DNA of 33,994 nucleotides from an uncultured Streptococcus sp. (GTDB lineage Bacteria; Bacillota; Bacilli; Lactobacillales; Streptococcaceae): the NCBI GenBank assembly GCA_963524345.1, contig CAURHZ010000001.1:1-33994 (forward strand), written 5' to 3'. How positions within the stretch are numbered: position 1 is the first letter of the stretch; every line of letters starts with the position of its first letter. Below the pieces are notes generated by a model. That model was not told where the DNA came from and searched no databases. It saw only the letters and a list, made by a program, of their open reading frames with translations. Shown here in pieces: positions 13,942 through 23,516 of this stretch. Made by a program: the position numbers and the translations under genes.

Positions 13942-14847
13942 ATGATACAATGGTGGCAAATTTTACTTCTCACTTTGTACTCAGCTTATCAAATCTGTGA
14001 TGAGTTGACGATCGTTTCATCTGCAGGTTCCCCTGTATTTGCTGGTTTCATTACTGGTTTAATCATGGGAGATGTGACAACTGGTTTGTTTATTGGTGGT
14101 AGCTTGCAGTTGTTCGTTCTTGGGGTTGGTACCTTCGGTGGTGCTTCTCGTATCGACGCAACTTCTGGTGCGGTTCTTGCAACAGCATTCTCAGTTTCAC
14201 AAGGAATTGCTACAGACCTTGCGATTACAACAATCGCTGTGCCAGTAGCAGCTCTCTTGACATACTTCGACGTTCTTGGTCGTATGACAACTACTTTCTT
14301 CGCTCACCGCGTGGATGCTGCAATCGAACGCTTTGACTATAAAGGTATTGAACGTAACTACTTGCTTGGTGCGATTCCTTGGGCTTTATCTCGTGCCCTT
14401 CCAGTCTTCTTTGCCCTTGCCTTTGGTGGCGAATTTGTACAACACGTAGTAGACTTCGTTACAAAATACCAATGGGTTGCAGATGGTTTGACTCTCGCAG
14501 GACGTATGCTTCCAGGTCTTGGATTTGCAATCTTGCTTCGTTACCTTCCAGTTAAACGTAACCTTCACTACCTTGCAATGGGATTTGGTTTGACAGCTAT
14601 GTTGACTGTTCTTTACTCATATGTAACAGGTCTTGGTGGCGCTGTTGCTGGTATCGTAGGCACTCTACCGAAAGATGTTGCTGAAAAAATTGGTTTCGTG
14701 AACAACTTCAAAGGTTTGTCTATGATCGGTATTTCTATCGTAGGTATTTTCCTTGCAGTGCTTCACTTCAAAAATAGCCAAAAAGTAGCTGTAGCAGCAC
14801 CTTCTACACCATCAGAAAGTGGGGAAATCGAAGATGACGAATTCTAA
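13942..14847 (+). CDS. gadW: PTS mannose-family IIC component
   Basis: Polytopic membrane protein; GLIMGDVTTGL, LPGLGFAILL motifs. Confidence 0.9.
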   Translation: MIQWWQILLLTLYSAYQICDELTIVSSAGSPVFAGFITGLIMGDVTTGLFIGGSLQLFVLGVGTFGGASRIDATSGAVLATAFSVSQGIATDLAITTIAVPVAALLTYFDVLGRMTTTFFAHRVDAAIERFDYKGIERNYLLGAIPWALSRALPVFFALAFGGEFVQHVVDFVTKYQWVADGLTLAGRMLPGLGFAILLRYLPVKRNLHYLAMGFGLTAMLTVLYSYVTGLGGAVAGIVGTLPKDVAEKIGFVNNFKGLSMIGISIVGIFLAVLHFKNSQKVAVAAPSTPSESGEIEDDEF

Positions 14848-15655
14848 TTACAAACTTACAAAAGAAGATTTTAATCAAATCAACAAACGTAGCTTGTTTA
14901 CTTTCCAATTAGGTTGGAACTACGAACGTATGCAAGCTTCTGGTTACCTGTACATGATCTTGCCACAATTGCGTAAAATGTATGGTGATGGAACTCCTGA
15001 ATTGAAAGAAATGATGAAAGTTCATACTCAATTCTTCAATACTTCACCATTCTTCCATACCATTATCGCTGGTTTTGACCTTGCCATGGAAGAAAAAGAT
15101 GGTGTGGGTGCAAAAGACGCCGTTAACGGTATCAAGACAGGTTTGATGGGACCATTTGCTCCTCTTGGAGATACAATCTTTGGTTCGCTTGTACCTGCTA
15201 TCATGGGGTCAGTCGCAGCAACTATGGCTATCGCTGGCCAACCTTGGGGTATCTTCCTTTGGATCGCAGTTGCAGTTGCTTATGACATCTTCCGTTGGAA
15301 ACAGTTGGAATTTGCCTACAAAGAAGGGGTTAACCTTATCAACAACATGCAAAGTACCTTGACAGCTTTGATTGACGCTGCATCTGTACTTGGTGTCTTC
15401 ATGATGGGTGCTCTTGTAGCAACAATGATCAACTTTGAAATTTCTTACAAGTTGCCAATCGGTGAAAAGATGATTGATTTCCAAGACATCTTGAACCAAA
15501 TCTTCCCACGTTTGCTTCCAGCAATCTTTACTGCCTTTATCTTCTGGTTGCTTGGTAAGAAAGGTATGACTTCTACTAAAGCTATCGGTATCATTATCGC
15601 TCTTGCAGTAGGTCTTTCTGCCTTTGGTAAATTTGTACTTGGAATGGGCGCATAA
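14834..15655 (+). CDS. gadE: PTS mannose-family IID component
   Basis: WNYERMQ, FFNT, KTGLMGPFAPLGD motifs. Confidence 0.9.
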   Translation: MTNSNYKLTKEDFNQINKRSLFTFQLGWNYERMQASGYLYMILPQLRKMYGDGTPELKEMMKVHTQFFNTSPFFHTIIAGFDLAMEEKDGVGAKDAVNGIKTGLMGPFAPLGDTIFGSLVPAIMGSVAATMAIAGQPWGIFLWIAVAVAYDIFRWKQLEFAYKEGVNLINNMQSTLTALIDAASVLGVFMMGALVATMINFEISYKLPIGEKMIDFQDILNQIFPRLLPAIFTAFIFWLLGKKGMTSTKAIGIIIALAVGLSAFGKFVLGMGA

Positions 15656-15658
15656 TTT

Positions 15659-16063
15659 ATGGCTAAATCATTAATTTTGGTGAGTCATGGTCGTTTCTGT
15701 GAAGAACTTAAAGGTAGCACTGAAATGATTATGGGCCCACAAGACAACATTTATACAGTAGCTCTTCTTCCAGAAGATGGCCCAGAAGAATTTACTGCAA
15801 AATTTGAAGCTGCTATCGAAGGGTTGGATGATTTCCTAGTCTTTGCAGATCTTCTCGGTGGAACACCATGTAACGTGGTAAGCCGTTTGATTATGGAAGG
15901 TCGTGACATCGAACTTTACGCAGGGATGAATCTTCCAATGGTGATTGAATTTATCAATGCGAGCCTTACAGGTGCAGATGCGGACTATAAGAGCCGTGCT
16001 GCAGAAAGCATTGTGAAAGTTAATGACCTGTTAGCTGGCTTCGATGATGACGAAGATGAATAA
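15659..16063 (+). CDS. gadF: PTS mannose-family IIA component
   Basis: LVSHG, DLLGGTPCN, GMNLPM motifs. Confidence 0.9.
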   Translation: MAKSLILVSHGRFCEELKGSTEMIMGPQDNIYTVALLPEDGPEEFTAKFEAAIEGLDDFLVFADLLGGTPCNVVSRLIMEGRDIELYAGMNLPMVIEFINASLTGADADYKSRAAESIVKVNDLLAGFDDDEDE

Positions 16064-16168
16064 TACTCTTCGAAAATCAAATTCAAACCGCGTCAACGTC
16101 GCCTGGTCGTACTCGAGTACAGCCTACGGCTAGTTTCCTAGTTTGCTCTTTGATTTTCATTGAGTATA
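16061..16168 (+). repeat. BOX element (boxA-boxC type)
   Basis: TAATACTCTTCGAAAATC...GGCTAGTTTCCTAGTTTGCTCTTTGATTTTCATTGAGTATA. Confidence 0.92.
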
Positions 16169-16268
16169 CGATGTGACAACGTGAAAATCGTTAGAGCATC
16201 TTATATAGAATATACATGGGAATGGGGCTTACTCCCATTCCCATATTTAATAGAAAAAGAGGAACTCA

Positions 16269-17435
16269 ATGCTACATTATACAAAAGAAGATTTGCTCGA
16301 ATTAGGTGCAGAAATCACTACGCGTGAAATCTACCAACAGCCTGATGTATGGAAAGAAGCTTTTGAATCTTATCAAGCACAACGTGAAGAAATTGCGGCT
16401 TTCCTACAAGGGATTGCTGATAAACATGACTATATCAAGGTTATCTTGACAGGTGCGGGGACTTCTGCTTATGTAGGAGATACCTTGGTACCTTACTTTA
16501 AGGAAGTCTATGACGAACGCAAATGGAATTTCAATGCCATTGCGACAACAGATATCGTTGCCAATCCAGAAACTTATTTGAAAAAAGATGTGGCGACTGT
16601 CCTTGTATCTTTTGCTCGTAGTGGGAATTCTCCTGAAAGTGTGGCAACTGTTGACTTGGCCAAAGCCTTGGTGGATGAGCTTTATCAAGTGACGATTACT
16701 TGTGCAGCAGACGGGAAATTGGCTCTTCAAGCCCACGGTGATGACCGAAATCTCTTACTCTTGCAACCAGCTGCTTCTAATGACGCTGGCTTTGCCATGA
16801 CTTCTAGCTTTACGTCAATGATGTTGACAGCTCTCTTGGTCTTTGACCCTGCAGAATTTGCTGTGAAAGCTGAACGTTTTGAAGTTGTATCTAGTCTTGC
16901 CCGTAAAATTCTAGACAAGGCAGAAGATGTCAAAGAGCTTGTTGACCTAGACTTTAACCGTGTCATCTACCTTGGTGCTGGTCCTTTCTTCGGACTTGCT
17001 CATGAAGCTCAGCTCAAGATTTTGGAATTAACAGCTGGTCAAGTGGCGACTATGTATGAAAGCCCAGTCGGCTTCCGTCACGGTCCAAAATCTCTTATCA
17101 ACGAAGATACAGTTGTTTTGGTCTTTGGTACTACGACAGACTACACTCGCAAGTATGACTTGGACTTGGTTCGTGAAGTTGCTGGTGACCGTATTGCTCG
17201 TCGTGTTGTGCTTTTGAGTGATCAAGCCTTTGGACTTGAAAATGTCAAAGAAGTGGCCCTTGGTTGTGGCGGTGTCTTGAATGATATTTACCGTGTCTTC
17301 CCTTACATCGTTTATGCCCAACTCTTTGCCCTATTGACTTCACTCAAGGTAGAAAATAAACCAGATACACCGTCTCCTACAGGAACAGTAAACCGTGTGG
17401 TACAGGGTGTTATCATCCACGAATATCAAAAGTAA
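16269..17435 (+). CDS. agaS: SIS-domain galactosamine-6-phosphate deaminase/isomerase
   Basis: LTGAGTSAYVG, SFARSGNSPES, FAMTSSFT, GFRHGPKS, PDTPSPTGTVNRVVQGV. Confidence 0.93.
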   Translation: MLHYTKEDLLELGAEITTREIYQQPDVWKEAFESYQAQREEIAAFLQGIADKHDYIKVILTGAGTSAYVGDTLVPYFKEVYDERKWNFNAIATTDIVANPETYLKKDVATVLVSFARSGNSPESVATVDLAKALVDELYQVTITCAADGKLALQAHGDDRNLLLLQPAASNDAGFAMTSSFTSMMLTALLVFDPAEFAVKAERFEVVSSLARKILDKAEDVKELVDLDFNRVIYLGAGPFFGLAHEAQLKILELTAGQVATMYESPVGFRHGPKSLINEDTVVLVFGTTTDYTRKYDLDLVREVAGDRIARRVVLLSDQAFGLENVKEVALGCGGVLNDIYRVFPYIVYAQLFALLTSLKVENKPDTPSPTGTVNRVVQGVIIHEYQK

Positions 17436-17540
17436 TACTCTTCGAAAATCAAATTCAAACCACGTCAGCTTCGCCTTGCCGTACTCAAGTACAGCCTGCG
17501 GCTAGCTTCCTAGTTTGCTCTTTGATTTTCATTGAGTATA
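17433..17540 (+). repeat. BOX element (boxA-boxC type)
   Basis: Near-identical to 16061-16168; overlaps the agaS TAA. Confidence 0.92.
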
Positions 17541-17656
17541 AGACAGTGTTTATGAATTCTTGACAAGAGGATTTGTAAATCATCAGATAAACCATAGATT
17601 GTCAAGGCGCTTTCTATGGTTTGTTTGCTTGAGAGAAATAGTAAAAGGAGAAGAGA

Positions 17657-18694
17657 ATGAAAGCATACACAGAGCGTGTATTTGGAAATGTTGAGGGCAA
17701 GGATGTCTTGGCCTATCGTTTTGAGACGGACGGTGGCTACCAACTTGAGGTTATGACTTATGGTGCGACCATCTTGCGCTATGTCACACCTGACAAGGCT
17801 GGAAATTTTGCCAACGTTATCTTGGCTTTTGATGATTTTGCTAGCTATGTAGGCAATAGTCCCAAGCATGGAGCTAGTGTGGGTCCCGTGGCAGGTCGTA
17901 TCGCAGGTGCGACCTTTGAGCTCAATGGCCAGACTTATAATCTTGAAGTCAACAATGCTAGCAACTGTAACCACAGTGGTTCAACTGGCTGGGATTCGAG
18001 CGTGTTTGAACTAGTTGAAGTGAGCGATCATGGTTTGACACTCTATACAGAGCGTACAGATGGGACAGGAGGATTTCCTGGTAATTTCAAGATTTGGATT
18101 AGCTACAACTTGGAAGAAACTGGTGCTTACGAAATCAGCTACAAGGTGACGACCGATCAGGATACGCTGGTCAATCCAACCAACCACAGCTATTTCAACT
18201 TGTCTGGTGATTTCACGCAGACAATTGACCGTCATGTCTTCCAACTAAACACAGAGGGGATTTACCCAATCGCTCCTGACGGTGTTCCTGCCAAAACTCC
18301 AGATGCCAATCGTGATGTGGTTAAACACATCTATAATGGAGCTTTGTTGAAGGATATCTTTGCAGAGGAAGATGAGCAAATCCAGCTTGTATCTGGTTTG
18401 GATCATCCATTTGCCCTTCCTATAGGCCATGATAATGCTGGTTTCCTTTATGACCAAAACTCAGGTCGCTTCCTGCTTTTCAAGACAGAGGCTCCTTGCT
18501 TTGTGGTCTACACAGCAAACTTTGTGGATGAGAGTGTCATTATAGGAGGTCAGCCAATGGTACAGCACAATGGGATTGCCCTTGAAGCGCAAGCTTTACC
18601 AGATGCCATTCACAGTGACCTCAAAGATCAAGTTATTCTCAAAGCGGGTCAAACTTTTACAAGTAAGACACGTTATGAGCTTGTTGTGAAATAA
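17657..18694 (+). CDS. galM: Aldose 1-epimerase (galactose mutarotase)
   Basis: GPVAGRI, NHSG, NPTNHSYFNL, LDHPF, LEAQ motifs. Confidence 0.94.
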   Translation: MKAYTERVFGNVEGKDVLAYRFETDGGYQLEVMTYGATILRYVTPDKAGNFANVILAFDDFASYVGNSPKHGASVGPVAGRIAGATFELNGQTYNLEVNNASNCNHSGSTGWDSSVFELVEVSDHGLTLYTERTDGTGGFPGNFKIWISYNLEETGAYEISYKVTTDQDTLVNPTNHSYFNLSGDFTQTIDRHVFQLNTEGIYPIAPDGVPAKTPDANRDVVKHIYNGALLKDIFAEEDEQIQLVSGLDHPFALPIGHDNAGFLYDQNSGRFLLFKTEAPCFVVYTANFVDESVIIGGQPMVQHNGIALEAQALPDAIHSDLKDQVILKAGQTFTSKTRYELVVK

Positions 18695-18738
18695 AAAAAG
18701 CTGGGCAAAAAATCTTTAAAATTAAAATAACGCATATT

Positions 18739-19047
18739 GTCAGTACAGCACGAAAATTCCACGAGGTCAACTATAGTCAGAAAGCTGAACAACAAGCCAA
18801 AACGCCAAAAAAAGGCGGCAAAAAGCAAGCACCTGCAAGCAACGTGCCGAAATGGTCAAATCCTGATTATGTCAACGAATTAGACCCAACAATCGTTGAT
18901 ATGCTAGTAGAATTTCACAAGTCACAAGGCATTTTGGAAACTCCCGAGGCGTAAGCAGAAATCGCCCAAAAACGTGAAGAAATCGAGCAAAGGAGAGCTA
19001 AGCTTGAGGCTAAAAAACAAGAACTTTTGAACCGCTTGAACAAATAG
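18739..19047 (+). pseudogene. C-terminal fragment resembling streptococcal DnaB/DnaD-type replication proteins
   Basis: Frame reads ...SNVPKWSNPDYVNE...LEAKKQELLNRLNK* with an internal TAA at 18952-54; no 5' part. Confidence 0.55.
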
Positions 19048-19096
19048 AGTTTCGCAAGTATTATGCTTACAAATTACTTGAGCAATTAACTAAAAC

Positions 19097-19130
19097 ATAA
19101 ACTCTGCCTATATATAAAGGCAGAGTTTAT
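19097..19130. terminator. Bidirectional terminator
   Basis: ATAAACTCTGCCT-atatataa-AGGCAGAGTTTAT. Confidence 0.8.
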
Positions 19131-19133
19131 ATT

Positions 19134-19793
19134 TTAGAAATTCACGTAGGTTGTTTCGGTTTTTACATACCCAGTATAGTCTGAGTTTCTATAGTATTCA
19201 GTGATAAACTTCCATTTTCTTTGAGCAACATGGATATAAGTACTTGTTATGTAGTATGGATATGGGCTTTGTGAATCCAAGTAAGACTGATAAGCTTGTA
19301 TACCAAAATATGCTCGACCAATTATGCCACCCCATGGGGCACCCAATATAGAACCTATAAGGCCAAACATCGCGGTTATTCCAGAATCAATCATGAAGTG
19401 AGCGAATGTGTTGGCTTCTTTATTCCCATGTATTGTGTTGACGTAATTCCAAACATTAGGATCGTATGATCTAAAAGATATATTTAGGTCGATTTCATTC
19501 TTTTGCTAAGCCATATAAAATGACCCATTGATATAGACGCCATCAGCACGTCGTTCAATAGTGTCTACACTTCCATTTGGATTGACCACCTCAAGAACTT
19601 CATCACTTAAAATATTTACTTGCGTATCTCCGAACCGCACTGATGAGCCATTCTCAAACTGAACCTCACCAAATACAACTTTAGAGTTTGCCGATAAGCT
19701 ATCATCAGCAAAAACAACAAGCGACGGGGAAATGCTAGACATACAGAAAACAGACATAACTAGCAAACACATGCATTTAAACATCTTAGACAT
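19134..19793 (-). pseudogene. Secreted ~219-aa protein split by one in-frame TAG; bacteriocin-like
   Basis: ORFs 19506-19793 and 19134-19394 share a frame with 37 open codons between; Sec-type signal ending VVFA-D; Gly-rich hydrophobic hairpin in C-terminal half. Confidence 0.75.
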
Positions 19794-19873
19794 AACGGAA
19801 ACTCCTTTGTATTTTTGATTTTTTTCAACTTTTATTATACAATAAAACCAAATAAAAAGAAAGCGGTAACAAT

Positions 19874-20071
19874 ATGCTTAATGTGAAAATTTTTTATATA
19901 TTTTTATTTTTGATCGTTGTCGAAACTACAGGCTTGTTGTTGTTGAAAAACGGTCTTGAAAGAGGTTATTTAGATACAGGAGCTATCATCCTTGCAGTTT
20001 TTTCATTTGCTTTCTACAACCTATGTTCATTCGGTTGGGTCTACTTTACAATAAAAAACCATAAAAAATAA
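19874..20071 (+). CDS. Small 2-TM membrane protein (immunity-like)
   Basis: 65 aa, two hydrophobic helices, basic tail; followed by GGAGG/CCTCC hairpin with T-run at 20084-20108. Confidence 0.55.
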   Translation: MLNVKIFYIFLFLIVVETTGLLLLKNGLERGYLDTGAIILAVFSFAFYNLCSFGWVYFTIKNHKK

Positions 20072-20323
20072 ATAGGACAAATTGGAGGCTAACACCTCCG
20101 ATTTTTTTGTATGCAGACCCTGAATTTTCGTTTTTTCATGCAAAAATAGCGCATTTTCGGTGCTGAGACAACGATTCTGAGAGCTTTTCAGACTTTTTTG
20201 CGACCTGTCCCTATCATTAGAAAAGCTTAGAGCACCAAAGGAAAAGTTTGATAATATGCGTTTTATTATGGAAAGATTTACGTTATCTTATCCTGAAATG
20301 GCTTTGTTTTTGAGTTGTCTAAC

Positions 20324-20375
20324 TTGACTTTCTTGATGGGAATGATATAATAGTTGTAACAAAAAATATTACAAC
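20324..20375 (+). promoter_or_regulatory. catE promoter with SifR (Rrf2)-type operator
   Basis: TTGACT, 16 nt, TATAAT preceded by TGn; GTTGTAA-N9-TTACAAC palindrome at 20353-20375. Confidence 0.7.
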
Positions 20376-20392
20376 AGAAAAGAGGACTATTT

Positions 20393-21250
20393 ATGACCTA
20401 TGAATACAAGAGCCACATTTATTTGGCAGAGGCAGTTTTAAATGTCAAGGATTTGGCAAGTCAAACAGCCTTTTATCAGCAAATTATTGGTTTAGAAATC
20501 CTATCTAAAACTGAGACAGAGGCCGTTCTAGGCCTGGGTGGAAAAGCCTTGGTACAGCTGATTCAAGCACAAGAAAGCGGTGAAGTAAGGGAACATTATG
20601 GCCTTTACCATCTGGCCATTCTCTTGCCGACACGAAAGGCTTTGGCTGATGTCTTGAAACACCTGACAGATTTACAGATTCCTCTTGTTGGCGGTGCAGA
20701 TCACGGTTACAGTGAGGCCCTTTACTTGGAAGATTTGGAGGGGAATGGCATCGAGCTCTATCGAGATAAGCCCGTTTCCACATGGGATATTCGAGAAGAT
20801 GGACGCATTATCGGGGTGACAGAGGCTCTTGCGGCGCAGGATATCTATGAGTTGGGGGACAGAGTAGAGCCTTTCATTCTTGCCGAGGGTACGAGAATGG
20901 GGCATATTCATCTGTCCGTCAAGGATAGTCGAAAGTCAAGCCAGTTTTATCAAAAGGTGTTAGGACTAGAGGATAAATTTAGTGTGCCTAGCGCTAGTTG
21001 GATTGCGGCTGGAGATTACCATCATCATTTAGCAGTCAATGAATGGGGAGGAAAAGGTCTGGCTCCGCGTAAGCAAGGCTTGCCAGGTTTGGCCTACTAT
21101 GTTATCGAAGTCACACATAAAGAAGAACTGTTAACGATTGCCCAGAGAGCACAAGAAGTTGATGCACCAATCAAGTGGCTGACATCGAGCCAGTTGGAAA
21201 TCACAGACCCAGACGGAATCGTGACCCGTATTCGTTTAGACAGGATATGA
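20393..21250 (+). CDS. catE: VOC-family catechol 2,3-dioxygenase-like protein
   Basis: GLYHLAILLP, DHGYSEALYLEDLEGNGIELYRD, MGHIHL, YHHHLAVNEW. Confidence 0.88.
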   Translation: MTYEYKSHIYLAEAVLNVKDLASQTAFYQQIIGLEILSKTETEAVLGLGGKALVQLIQAQESGEVREHYGLYHLAILLPTRKALADVLKHLTDLQIPLVGGADHGYSEALYLEDLEGNGIELYRDKPVSTWDIREDGRIIGVTEALAAQDIYELGDRVEPFILAEGTRMGHIHLSVKDSRKSSQFYQKVLGLEDKFSVPSASWIAAGDYHHHLAVNEWGGKGLAPRKQGLPGLAYYVIEVTHKEELLTIAQRAQEVDAPIKWLTSSQLEITDPDGIVTRIRLDRI

Positions 21251-21345
21251 TGACAATCAGAGGATCAATTGTAGAAAGTACCCCTTATTCTAGTCAGATA
21301 CGTAGAAAATTTGATATGATAGTAGGGAACAAGGAGAAAAATACT

Positions 21346-21903
21346 ATGACCAGTGAATACCAGAAAATGATAGCAGGAGAGTGTTACCGTCCGTCAGACC
21401 CAGAACTGAGAGCCTTGGCTCAGGTTTCTCGCCAAAAACAGGCTGCCTTTAACAAGGAAGAAGATCCCTTGAAGGGAGCCGAAATCATCAAGACTTGGTT
21501 TGGTTCGACCGGGAAAAATCTTTATATCAATACGCGCTTGATGGTGGACTACGGTGTCAACATCCATCTAGGGGAAAATTTTTACTCTAATTGGAACTTG
21601 ACCATGCTGGACATCTGCCCTATTCGTATCGGGGACAATGCTATGATCGGTCCCAACTGTCAATTTTTAACTCCCCTCCATCCACTAGATCCGCAGGAGC
21701 GCAATTCAGGTATCGAGTACGGAAAGCCTATCACAATCGGAGATAATTTCTGGGCTGGTGGTGGCGTCATTGTCCTTCCGGGAGTGACACTGGGAAATAA
21801 TGTCGTTGCAGGAGCAGGGGCCGTGATTACCAAGTCCTTTGGTGACAATGTTGTCCTAGCTGGTAATCCTGCGCGCGTGATTAAGGAAATACCTATGAAA
21901 TAA
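21346..21903 (+). CDS. Maltose/galactoside O-acetyltransferase family (hexapeptide repeat)
   Basis: DYGVNIHLGENFY, ITIGDNFWAGGGVIVLPGVTLG, GNPARVIK; AAGGAG RBS. Confidence 0.92.
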   Translation: MTSEYQKMIAGECYRPSDPELRALAQVSRQKQAAFNKEEDPLKGAEIIKTWFGSTGKNLYINTRLMVDYGVNIHLGENFYSNWNLTMLDICPIRIGDNAMIGPNCQFLTPLHPLDPQERNSGIEYGKPITIGDNFWAGGGVIVLPGVTLGNNVVAGAGAVITKSFGDNVVLAGNPARVIKEIPMK

Positions 21904-21915
21904 AGGGATGGGATA

Positions 21916-22006
21916 AAAAGTTTTTAAGATAAGAAAAAGGCAACATATCAACGGTTTTTAAACATTTGATATGTTGCCTTTTATCATAAATCAGATTGAC
22001 TTTTTC
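21916..22006. repeat. SPRITE-like terminator hairpin between convergent genes
   Basis: Perfect 17-bp stem AAAAGGCAACATATCAA (21935-51) / TTGATATGTTGCCTTTT (21966-82). Confidence 0.65.
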
Positions 22007-22059
22007 TTCTTACTATTGAGTGTTTACCTGGATTTTTTATAGATTTCACGCAAGAAGTT

Positions 22060-22743
22060 CTATAAATTTTTTCTCTTTTTGGCATTTTTGGTCAGGGAAA
22101 CCTGGTAAGTATTTTGTTCTTTAGTGAGATAATTGATGATTTGAAAATCGTCTGTTTGAGCCTTGAAATCCACTTCGTAGACAGTGGTGACTTGTTCTCC
22201 ATCATTGCTGGTATCAATCGAGATGAGGTCTAACTCAGTACAGAATTGTGCCAGTCCAGATTGGATAGTTTGAAGTTGATTTTCTTGGTTCGCAATTGTG
22301 ATGGTCAAGAGTCTACGACGTTGGTGATTGCTCTTGCTCTGTTGTTTTTCCAAAAAGAGCCAAATACCTAGGATAAAGACCGTGAAGAGTACGGCTAAGA
22401 AAAGGTAGCCTGTCCCTGCTGCTAGCCCGATAATCATGGCAAGGAAGATAGCAATTAGTTCCCGTGAACCACTGGTAGCTGAACGAAAACGAATGAGGCT
22501 AAAAGTTCCTGCAACGGCGATAGAGGTTCCTAGGCTGCCATTTACCAGAAAGATGACCAAGGTCATCAAGCAGGGGAGTAGGGTCAAACTGACAGCGAAT
22601 TCTCGTGTATAGAGAGTACGGTGTTTGTAAGCCCAGGTCAGCGCCAAACCTAAAATCAGGCTGACCAAGAGAGCCAGAAAGAGCTGGATAGGATTTGCAG
22701 TGGCAGTTGTGTCGTTGAAGATAGAATTAAAAAGATTAGACAT
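22060..22743 (-). CDS. DUF4956-family membrane protein
   Basis: SLGTSIAVAGTFSLIRFRS motif; several TM helices plus a C-terminal ACT-like domain. Confidence 0.85.
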   Translation of the reverse strand: MSNLFNSIFNDTTATANPIQLFLALLVSLILGLALTWAYKHRTLYTREFAVSLTLLPCLMTLVIFLVNGSLGTSIAVAGTFSLIRFRSATSGSRELIAIFLAMIIGLAAGTGYLFLAVLFTVFILGIWLFLEKQQSKSNHQRRRLLTITIANQENQLQTIQSGLAQFCTELDLISIDTSNDGEQVTTVYEVDFKAQTDDFQIINYLTKEQNTYQVSLTKNAKKRKNL

Positions 22744-23516
22744 AAGTAGTACCTACACTTTCTGTGCTTGGTCGTGGGCTATAGTCCAGCCCTTGAGACT
22801 TGTGGTAGGCGCAGCTGTATTTTGAAAATTTCTGCTCTACCAGTCCATATTGGTCGAGAATATCTTGTAGCCATTGGGGTTTTCTACCTGGAGCTTTAAT
22901 TTCCATGATGACAATGTCCTCGTTTAGTAGAGGGAAACCGTCCTTTCCTGAGAATAAACTGACATTATCATCACGATAGGTTAGATTTTGGTCAATGGTG
23001 ATACGAATTTTATTGTAGGGAAAACCGATAATTTCTTTCTTTCTTTTCCTTGAGAGAAAAACGGTCATAGTATATATACATACGAGGGATAATGGCTTGC
23101 TGATATTCCTCTTGGAGTTGCTGGATTTTTTCAATCATCATTCGATCCTTGATACTGCTATCCAGCTGTCCCTTGGTCATAAACTGGGTGATAGACTGGG
23201 GAGTCGATAAGAGACGATGTTTTCGTCCGACACCAGCTCTGTCCTTAGATTTGATTTCTAAAAATACCTGACTATCAGGCTGGACTTGACTGAGATAGGT
23301 TCGCATCCGAATCTTTTCTTTGCGCTTAGTACCTTGGCCATCCTCCTGAATCATATCAAATTGCTCTGTATCAAAGTAGATGTTGGAAATGGTCGAAGTT
23401 GGATAATCATCCTCTACGAGGTATATTTTTAAGTCCTCTATTAAATTAGCCAAGTCACCCTTGGCAACGACATATTTGGTTTCGATTCGTTTAAAGCTTG
23501 TTTCAATTGGTTTCAT
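22736..23516 (-). pseudogene. VTC-domain (polyphosphate polymerase-like, CYTH) protein, frameshifted
   Basis: RIETKY, ISNIYFDT, KIRMRTY, FLEIKSK in one frame; RITIDQNL, IMEIK, FSKY in another; shift at (TTTC)3, 23032-23043. Confidence 0.85.

Noticed and set aside
17510..17974. 154-aa minus-strand ORF
   Set aside because: Antisense to galM and ends inside a BOX element.
19049..19077. GTTTCGCAAGTATTATGCTTACAAATTAC as a dif/Xer-like site
   Set aside because: Only loose dyad symmetry; cannot match it convincingly to a known recombination site by eye.
21175..21345. Long N-terminal extension of the acetyltransferase in the ORF track
   Set aside because: Overlaps catE; the AAGGAG RBS supports the ATG at 21346.
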